Sequence record: SRR9188677_160 | Length of the DNA stretch: 44,835 bases | Strand: one strand, 5' to 3' | Shown: in pieces, positions 38,148-44,835 of the stretch | Numbering within the stretch: position 1 is the stretch's first letter | Layout: each line of letters opens with the position of its first letter | Notes under the pieces: model-generated | Seen by the model: only the letters and a program-made list of their open reading frames with translations | What the model was told of the DNA's origin: nothing | Database searches by the model: none | Made by a program: the position numbers and the translations under genes

Positions 38148-40697
38148 TTAAAAATCAAATTTAAATCTGGCCCTTATCCCCAATGTGGCTACGTAAGGAT
38201 TTTCGAGATAATTAAACCTTTTCACCAGGTCTACCCTGATCAGTTTAAAAATATTGGCGATACCTACACTTCCTTCAATATAAGGTTTCTTATTCAGGGC
38301 AAAGGTAGTAGGCGATCCTTCAAATAAAGGATATTTGATCAGCGAAGGATCTTTGGCAGGATCATTCTCATCCCTTACACCCCCGTACAATACTTTCACC
38401 GACACCACTTCGCGCAGTTTCAGTTTTTTCAGCAGGGGAACCCGGTTAAAGAAGAGTCCGTTAAAATGGTGATCCACAGAAATTCCCAGAAAGCGATCGC
38501 TCACAAATTCCTGGAAGTTCATCAGGTTATACGAATTGAGCTGGTAAGCATAGGTCTGGTTGGCGCGGTGTACTGTCATCAGCGGATAAGGAATTTTCCC
38601 GAAAATATATCCGCCCTCTACCACCAGATCGCTGTAACCCAGCTGCGACATATACGCACGCTTTTCAAAGCGGGCACTGATATTCTGGTAATTATATTCG
38701 CTGTTCAGCAGACCCTTTACACCTGCAATAAAACGCAGGGTGAATATGGGATATTTATTAATGATAGGAATACGGTATACCTTACCCTGGTAAAACTGCT
38801 CCTTGGGTGCCCAGCGCAACTCGCCGGAGAATTCAGAAGTGATGATTTTATTTACATTCACGAGACTTCCGCTTACCTCTTTGTTATAAACAATGGCACC
38901 GGCCGGTTCCTGTTTCCAGTTTTTAAAGCCCAGCGAAAATGACAGGTGATTCTCAAATTCTTTTACAAAATCGACCTTGAAATTGCTGTTGTATAACCAC
39001 TTATCGTTTTTACCTCTTTTGAACGAGAGGAGGAAGTTATCTTCTGCCACAAACTGCAGTTCCTGTCCGGGAATTTTGGTATCGTGCTGGTAACTTACCC
39101 GCACATAATTCAGCGGGAAGGTATAGATCGATTTGTTGTTAAGCGAGTAAGTAGTACTCAGAAACCCTTTCCAGCGTTCATCTTTAAATCCATATGCACC
39201 ATAGGTTTCAAAATATAACCGTTTACTGAATTTAGGGGTAGTTCTTCCACCCAATCGCAGTTTAAACCCTTCTACCGGGTTAAAGCTGTAGAAAGCAGCT
39301 GCGGGTCCGATTTCAAAGGGCCCTACAGAGGTATAACCGGCCAGCAAAAAAGTAGCAATGGCAAGGGTTCTGCGGAAAGAAGGCATTTTTTCCAGACTGT
39401 CGATATTACTGTACACTTTCGATTCTGTATGCGTAAGTGTATCATGCCTTCCGGCTTTCCAGAAATCATCCGGTAGCTTATCAGCTTTCTCCTTTTTTAC
39501 CAGTGCCGGCCCATCGTACACAGTATCCGGCAAAGCCTGGTTGATTTTGAATTTGCGGTATGATACGGTGCGCTCTCCAAAAAATCCCGTACCGGAACCT
39601 TTGGTTACACTGGCATCTGCCATGATATTACTGCGGCTCAGGTGGTATCGGTTGTCTTCACTTTTTTCAAAGTCGAGGTCGATATGCAGTTCCCGCACAA
39701 AATTGAGGTTGGCATTTTTGCTCAGGAACATACTGATTTTCTCCACTGAATAGTTACCATCCAGTGTTACCCACATGTTTCCGCGAAACAGCAGATCATT
39801 GGTATTCCGGGGGGTAAAATAAATCTTGATCAGTTTGTGTCCATTTGCATCCACCGTGGTATCCCTGATATAATACATATAAAAGGTAGGTGCCAGATCG
39901 GCAATAGGGCTCAGAAACTGGTAGGTAAACAGCGGAATATCATTGTCATAGATATCAACATCCATATACAACCGGTTCAGGTAACTGCTTACACCCGCGT
40001 CATCGATGTACTCACCTAAATTCACCCGCTTCTGACCGGTAACAATGGTTTTTGTTTTTTCGGGTTTCTTACGGAAATACTTTTGCGAAAGGGTTTCTTC
40101 CAGGTAAACAGGTAATAAAGCCTTACCCTCCAGTTTGGTGGTATCCCTGTTTTCGAAAAGAAATTTATAGTTCTTGAGTAATTTAGCGTTGCTCAGTTTA
40201 TCTGAAACATTACTGATAGATACCTGCATTTTTTCGTACTGCTCATACTGTACGTAATTATAACTGTCGGTACGGTTTAGGGGTTTGTTGGCTATCACCC
40301 TTCTGATCAATTCTACGGCCGGGTTACCTTTGTTACGATAGGGTGCTCTTTTGCGTGTAGTTACCGTAACACTGTTGATCGCTTTAGGATCTGTTTCCAG
40401 TTCAAAATTCAGGGTCTGTGTAATACCCGGTGTAATCGGCTTCAGGATAGTCAGATATCCTATATAGGTTACCTGCAGTGTAGCAATTTTACCGGAAGAA
40501 GTGAGCTTGTATCTACCCAAACTGTCTGTCACTGTTCCACGGCCACCTTTCAGTACCACGCTTACATATTGAAGCGGCTGTTTACTATACATATCAGTAA
40601 CCACACCCTGCACTACGGTTTGTGCAAAGCCCTGTACTATTCCGGTGAATAATATCAATCCCAGCAATACCCCTCTTCTCAATTGTTTTCTTGTCAT
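38148..40697 (-). CDS. Outer-membrane protein: carboxypeptidase-regulatory-like N-domain plus DUF5686-like beta-barrel
   Basis: Signal peptide; VQGVVTD..PL.YVSV...GTVTDSLGRY..YIGY N-domain; NPAVELIRRVI; FNPVEG.KLRLGGRT; terminal aromatic beta-signal RFKFDF. Confidence 0.8.
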   Translation of the reverse strand: MTRKQLRRGVLLGLILFTGIVQGFAQTVVQGVVTDMYSKQPLQYVSVVLKGGRGTVTDSLGRYKLTSSGKIATLQVTYIGYLTILKPITPGITQTLNFELETDPKAINSVTVTTRKRAPYRNKGNPAVELIRRVIANKPLNRTDSYNYVQYEQYEKMQVSISNVSDKLSNAKLLKNYKFLFENRDTTKLEGKALLPVYLEETLSQKYFRKKPEKTKTIVTGQKRVNLGEYIDDAGVSSYLNRLYMDVDIYDNDIPLFTYQFLSPIADLAPTFYMYYIRDTTVDANGHKLIKIYFTPRNTNDLLFRGNMWVTLDGNYSVEKISMFLSKNANLNFVRELHIDLDFEKSEDNRYHLSRSNIMADASVTKGSGTGFFGERTVSYRKFKINQALPDTVYDGPALVKKEKADKLPDDFWKAGRHDTLTHTESKVYSNIDSLEKMPSFRRTLAIATFLLAGYTSVGPFEIGPAAAFYSFNPVEGFKLRLGGRTTPKFSKRLYFETYGAYGFKDERWKGFLSTTYSLNNKSIYTFPLNYVRVSYQHDTKIPGQELQFVAEDNFLLSFKRGKNDKWLYNSNFKVDFVKEFENHLSFSLGFKNWKQEPAGAIVYNKEVSGSLVNVNKIITSEFSGELRWAPKEQFYQGKVYRIPIINKYPIFTLRFIAGVKGLLNSEYNYQNISARFEKRAYMSQLGYSDLVVEGGYIFGKIPYPLMTVHRANQTYAYQLNSYNLMNFQEFVSDRFLGISVDHHFNGLFFNRVPLLKKLKLREVVSVKVLYGGVRDENDPAKDPSLIKYPLFEGSPTTFALNKKPYIEGSVGIANIFKLIRVDLVKRFNYLENPYVATLGIRARFKFDF

Positions 40698-40703
40698 TTT
40701 TTA

Positions 40704-41075
40704 TTATTTAAACACAAATCGTTTTTGTAAAACATAATTATATAATATCCCAACTGCCAGCGATACTGTAGCTTTTGAGACTACATAGCTATAACCGGCA
40801 AAATGAGTAAGTAAAAAAACACCACCCGATACCAGTACGAGGTTGCCAATCCAGACCAGGATATAGCGTAAGGCCTGGAAGTGAATTTTTTTACTTTTTG
40901 CTTTAAATACCCAGGAGCGGTTCATCAGAAAATTCACTACCCCTCCGCTGATCGTTCCCAACACGCTGGCCAGCAGGTACCAGCAACCAAACACTTCTTT
41001 TAGTACAATGGTCATCGTAAAATCCACTAATGTGGCCGTGATAGATGCTGCCTGTGCTTTTACGAATGTTGCCAT
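40704..41075 (-). CDS. GtrA family small membrane protein
   Basis: 123 aa with four TM segments; ATLVDF, VNFLMNRSWVF, NYVLQKRFVF. Confidence 0.88.
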   Translation of the reverse strand: MATFVKAQAASITATLVDFTMTIVLKEVFGCWYLLASVLGTISGGVVNFLMNRSWVFKAKSKKIHFQALRYILVWIGNLVLVSGGVFLLTHFAGYSYVVSKATVSLAVGILYNYVLQKRFVFK

Positions 41076-41521
41076 GCAATAATTACTAGTATCAGTTGTA
41101 ACAATAGGTTGGTATAAACACCCGCCAGTATATCATCTGTCATCACACCCCAACCTCCGGGTAACGATTCTGCTTTACGGATATACAACGGTTTTACAAT
41201 GTCAAAAAAACGGAACAGTAACAGTGCCGCCAGTATCCATGGCCAGCTAACCGGTATGAAGAGCAGGCTGATACACATTCCTGCTGCCTCATCAATTACT
41301 ACCCGGCTGCTGTCTTTCCCCCAGTCTTGCTCTACTACATAAGCCGCCCATATTCCAATAATGATGATGGTTGCTGTTGCAGCTATCATCGTTTCTTCTG
41401 TAACACCATATGCAATAGCCTTCCACCAGAGAAAACAGGTTACCATGGCGGCGATTGTTCCGCCACCTTTGATAAACCCGATACCGAGGCAGCTGGCTGT
41501 TATTTTAGGTAACTGCATCAT
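41060..41521 (-). CDS. PgpA-family phosphatase (probable PIP phosphatase)
   Basis: KDSSRVVIDE, FRFFDIVKP, GGWGVMTDDILAG; overlaps the MIPS stop (ATGA) and the gtrA start. Confidence 0.88.
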   Translation of the reverse strand: MMQLPKITASCLGIGFIKGGGTIAAMVTCFLWWKAIAYGVTEETMIAATATIIIIGIWAAYVVEQDWGKDSSRVVIDEAAGMCISLLFIPVSWPWILAALLLFRFFDIVKPLYIRKAESLPGGWGVMTDDILAGVYTNLLLQLILVIIAWQHS

Positions 41522-42852
41522 AAAGCTTCTACCAGATCCTGGTAGTAATCCAATCCCAGGTGTGTGATCAGATCCTCACCCATGATATGGCGCAGTGTAT
41601 TCTGCAGTTTGATCAGCTGTTTGAAAATATCATGCTCCGGACGCAGGCCGGGTGCTGTTTGCGGCGATTTGAAATAGAAGGATAACCATTCCTGGATGCC
41701 CGACATGTCTGCGCGTTTAGCCAGATCCATGAACAGGGCCAGGTCTAACACAATCGGTGCTGCCAGTATCGAATCGCGGCAAAGGAAATTGATCTTGATC
41801 TGCATACCATAACCCAACCATCCGAAGATGTCGATATTGTCCCAGCTCTCTTTGTTATCGCCATGCGGCGGATAGTAGTTGATCCGTACTTTATGGTACA
41901 GATCGCCATACAAAGCAGGATTGATTTCGGGTTGCAGAATATCTTCCAGCACACTTAGTTTGGAAACTTCTTTGGTTTTGAAATTATCCGGATCGTCTAA
42001 TACCAATCCATCACGGTTACCCAGAATATTGGTAGAGAACCAACCCCTGATGCCCAGCGCACGTGCGTGTAAACCCGGTGCTACAATGGTTTTCATCAGT
42101 GTTTGTCCGGTTTTGAAATCTTTACCGCTGATAGGCGTTCCGGTTTCTTTGGCCAGCTCCATCAGCGCAGGAATATCGCAGGTAAGATTTGGCGCACCAT
42201 TGGCAAACGGAACACCTAAGGTAAGTGCGGCATAGGCATAGATCATGCTGGGAGAAATGGCAGGATCATTGTTGCGCAAACCTTCTTCAAAAGATTCGAT
42301 GGTCTGGTGTACCGCTGATTCTTCGATATATTTTTCAGTAGAACCACACCATACAATTACTACGCGACTGCAATCATGGGCCTCTTTGAAATTTTCGATA
42401 TCATTCATCACTTCTTTGGCCAGATCATATTTGGTAGCGGCTTTTTTAACATGTGTACCATCGAGGTTTTTTACATAAGATTGATCAAACACCGCTTTCA
42501 TCGGAACAATGGCTTCCAGTTCGGGTTTGATAGAATGCAATAAACCGGGTTCCAGCACTTTGGCATTCATGGCTGCTTCATACACATTATCAGCATATAC
42601 ATCCCATCCCCCAAAAGCGATATTGTTGAGTTCGGCCAGTGGTACAAAATCTTTGATCAGTGGATACCGGTTCTCTGTACGCTTACCCAAACGGATATTA
42701 CCCATCTGCGTAAGGGCACCGATAGGTTGAGATAATCCTTTGTTCACCGCAATAACGCCGGCGATCATGGTGGTGGCAACTGCTCCCAATCCGGGTAACA
42801 AGATGCCTAATTTCCCTTCTGCAGGTTGAATGCTCTCTTTCATAGTAGTCAT
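41518..42852 (-). CDS. ino1: myo-Inositol-1-phosphate synthase
   Basis: GLGAVAT, FGGWD, GKDFKTGQT, NILGNRDG, GDNKESWD, CRDSILAAPIVLDL, SFYFKSP. Confidence 0.95.
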   Translation of the reverse strand: MTTMKESIQPAEGKLGILLPGLGAVATTMIAGVIAVNKGLSQPIGALTQMGNIRLGKRTENRYPLIKDFVPLAELNNIAFGGWDVYADNVYEAAMNAKVLEPGLLHSIKPELEAIVPMKAVFDQSYVKNLDGTHVKKAATKYDLAKEVMNDIENFKEAHDCSRVVIVWCGSTEKYIEESAVHQTIESFEEGLRNNDPAISPSMIYAYAALTLGVPFANGAPNLTCDIPALMELAKETGTPISGKDFKTGQTLMKTIVAPGLHARALGIRGWFSTNILGNRDGLVLDDPDNFKTKEVSKLSVLEDILQPEINPALYGDLYHKVRINYYPPHGDNKESWDNIDIFGWLGYGMQIKINFLCRDSILAAPIVLDLALFMDLAKRADMSGIQEWLSFYFKSPQTAPGLRPEHDIFKQLIKLQNTLRHIMGEDLITHLGLDYYQDLVEAL

Positions 42853-42879
42853 ATTTTTAATTCTGTTAAGGTCAGTTGA

Positions 42880-43485
42880 TTATTGAACAGGATCGGCTTT
42901 TAATCCACGGATCATGATAGCCATGATCGATTCCATGCGGGGTTCCAGTTTGGCATAACGGGCGTCAATAAACATATCTCTCTCCAACCCACGGAGCGAG
43001 CTTACCATCACCGATGGCAGTATGCCCAGTTCCTTCCCTATTACTTTACTGAATTCACCATTGTTGACCCCGTATTTCAGGATTTCTTTTACCAGTTTGA
43101 TCTCCTGGGTATCATATTCTGTATGCAAATGTTTCATACAGTGCAGGTTCTCCTGCATTTCGCCCTTTACTATCTTGTATAGATTAGCGTATTTCTGAAC
43201 GGCTTTGATCTTGGTAAGCGTGAACGCGCGGAGTTTGTCTTCAGCAGTTACCGCTTTGGCTACTGCCTGTTTCACCTGGTTAAACACTTCGCCCATCTCC
43301 TTCAGGATCACGGCATCGAAGATCTCTTCCTTACTGCAGTAATAATAATAGAGTGTGCTCTTACCCTTACCCATGGCTTTGGCAATATCTTCCATGGTCG
43401 TCTTCTTCACGCCATACTGCCTGAACAGTTGCTGTGCTTCCCGCAGGATCTCTTCCCGGATAATATCGTCTTTTGTTGGAATCAT
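42880..43485 (-). CDS. TetR/AcrR family transcriptional regulator
   Basis: ILREAQQLFRQYGVKKTTMEDIAKAMGKGKSTLYYYYCSKEEIF HTH; ATG at 43485. Confidence 0.93.
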   Translation of the reverse strand: MIPTKDDIIREEILREAQQLFRQYGVKKTTMEDIAKAMGKGKSTLYYYYCSKEEIFDAVILKEMGEVFNQVKQAVAKAVTAEDKLRAFTLTKIKAVQKYANLYKIVKGEMQENLHCMKHLHTEYDTQEIKLVKEILKYGVNNGEFSKVIGKELGILPSVMVSSLRGLERDMFIDARYAKLEPRMESIMAIMIRGLKADPVQ

Positions 43486-43487
43486 AC

Positions 43488-43544
43488 TTTCGACCAAAAT
43501 CGTTTTTCGGTCCAAAATTACACCAAAAGTTGTTACCACAGCAA
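43488..43544 (-). promoter_or_regulatory. Promoter with overlapping palindromic operator for the tetR-ino1 operon
   Basis: Minus-strand TAATTTTG (43520-43513) with TTG 21 nt upstream; dyad TTTCGACCAAAA-TCGTT-TTTCGGTCCAAA at 43488-43516. Confidence 0.65.
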
Positions 43545-43556
43545 CCGCTTATCAAA

Positions 43557-44627
43557 TTATCCCTTTCGCGTTGCGAAAACTTTCATCAGGTCGCAGAAGA
43601 ACTGAACACTTTCCAGGGGGAGGGCATTGTACATGCTTACACGCACACCACCTACGGTTCGGTAGCCCTTCACCCCGATCATCCCTTCTTTTTTGCAGAG
43701 GTCGAGGAAAGGTGCTTCCAGTGCGGGATCGCTAAGGAAGAAAACGGCATTCATCTGACTGCGGTCTTCCCTGGCTACCAACGCTTTAAACACTGGCAGG
43801 CTGTCGATGGTATTATATAATAGTGCAGATTTTTCGAGTGTTCTTTTCTCCATTTCGGCCAGTCCGCCCTGTTCCAGAATCCAGCGCAGGGTTAACATAC
43901 TTACATATACAGCAAAAACAGGTGGTGTATTCATCAATGAGCCCGCTTCGATATGTTTCTGGTAATCCATGATGGTAGGAATCCGGCGACGGATTTTTCC
44001 CAGGATCTCTTTTTTTACCACCACCAGATTCACACCCGCTGCGCCCATATTCTTCTGGGCACCGGCATAGATCAGTGAAAACTTTTTAAAATCCATCGGT
44101 CTGCTGAAGATATCACTGCTCATATCAGCCACCAATGGTATAGAAGTATCCGGAAACTGGTGCCACTGGGTACCTTCTACTGTATTATTAGAAGTGATAT
44201 GCAGATAGCTGGCATCAGCCGGAATCACGGGTTGCTTCTGTATATAGGTATGTTGTTTATCCGAGCTATCGGCCACCACTTGCACATTCCCGAACAGGGA
44301 AGCTTCTTTGGCCGCCTTTTTTCCCCAGATGCCGTTATCACAATACGCGGCAGTTTCTCCCTCATCCAGTAAATTCATCGGTACCTGCATAAACTGGGTA
44401 GTGGCACCACCATGCAGAAACAGTACTTCATAACTATCATCCAGCTGCATCAGTGTTTTTACGGATGTGATGGCTTCTGTCAATACCTCGCCAAACCAGG
44501 GCGTACGGTGTCCGATCTCCAGTATTGATAAGCCGGTATCATTGAAATTGAGAATAGCCCTAGAAGCTTCTTCCAGTACAGATTGTGGCAGAATAGACGG
44601 ACCAGAATTGAAGTTATGCAGTTTCAT
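43557..44627 (-). CDS. serC: Phosphoserine aminotransferase
   Basis: NFNSGPSILP, GHR, HGGATTQF, NNTVEG, DMSSD, YAGAQKNMG, NTPP; ATG at 44627 (the longer ORF extends into the repeat). Confidence 0.96.
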   Translation of the reverse strand: MKLHNFNSGPSILPQSVLEEASRAILNFNDTGLSILEIGHRTPWFGEVLTEAITSVKTLMQLDDSYEVLFLHGGATTQFMQVPMNLLDEGETAAYCDNGIWGKKAAKEASLFGNVQVVADSSDKQHTYIQKQPVIPADASYLHITSNNTVEGTQWHQFPDTSIPLVADMSSDIFSRPMDFKKFSLIYAGAQKNMGAAGVNLVVVKKEILGKIRRRIPTIMDYQKHIEAGSLMNTPPVFAVYVSMLTLRWILEQGGLAEMEKRTLEKSALLYNTIDSLPVFKALVAREDRSQMNAVFFLSDPALEAPFLDLCKKEGMIGVKGYRTVGGVRVSMYNALPLESVQFFCDLMKVFATRKG

Positions 44628-44660
44628 ATCGATTGCTTGTGATGCGAAAGTAAGGATTTC

Positions 44661-44835
44661 GGGAGACGTGAATCGTGAGACGTGAATCGTCAATCGTGAG
44701 ACGTGAGGCGTGAGTGGTCTGTAGTGAGTAGGTAATTTGAGTTAGGGGCAGTTCCTACTATTTCGCTCAGAATAACCAAACAAGCCGACCCAAGAGCCAA
44801 AACTCACGACTCACGTCTCACGATTGACGACTCAC
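44661..44835. repeat. Large inverted pair of 7-mer tandem arrays
   Basis: CGTGAAT CGTGAGA CGTGAAT CGTCAAT CGTGAGA CGTGAGG ... ACTCACG ACTCACG TCTCACG ATTGACG ACTCAC (runs off the window). Confidence 0.8.

Noticed and set aside
44628-44693. N-terminal extension of SerC (likewise TetR 43486-43539 and GH43 1786-1854)
   Set aside because: The extensions run through promoter or repeat sequence; downstream ATGs match the family N-termini.
44661-44835. Possible CRISPR array
   Set aside because: Period-7 degenerate tandem repeats with no constant repeat/unique spacer structure and no cas genes.

Overview
A 44.8-kb chromosomal window from a Bacteroidota bacterium. Chitinophagaceae-like is inferred from gene content, TAnnTTTG-type promoters and intergenic repeat families. 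Almost all genes are on the minus strand. Left to right: a secreted GH43/discoidin glycosidase and a penicillin-acylase-family Ntn hydrolase; a ~19-kb amino-acid supercluster (leuA-leuC-leuD-[orphan ModF-like twin ABC ATPase]-leuB; ilvE-ilvD-ilvB-ilvN-ilvC-ilvA; thrA-thrB-thrC); a divergent 518-aa helical protein that is a candidate leu regulator; an amidohydrolase; two PAS histidine kinases, one split by a 1-nt frameshift in a G7 tract; an acyl-CoA synthetase; 2TM, TPR and DUF1015 genes; an inositol-lipid operon; and serC. The operon comprises TetR, MIPS, PgpA-like phosphatase, GtrA, a DUF5686-like outer-membrane barrel, a CDP-alcohol phosphotransferase fused to a DUF4833-like domain, and an Aur1/IPC-synthase-like PAP2. 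Features missed by the ORF track: two leader peptides (Ile/Val-rich before ilvE with a complete attenuator; Thr/Ile-rich before thrA), a TetR-type operator, a long inverted repeat between leuA and the divergent gene, and several REP-like and 7-mer repeat families. The best candidates for undescribed systems are (i) the inositol-lipid operon with apparent periplasmic and outer-membrane trafficking components and (ii) the leader-less leu operon with a truncated LeuA, an embedded orphan ABC ATPase and a divergent putative regulator. Domain names are recognised from motifs by eye; no database search was run.
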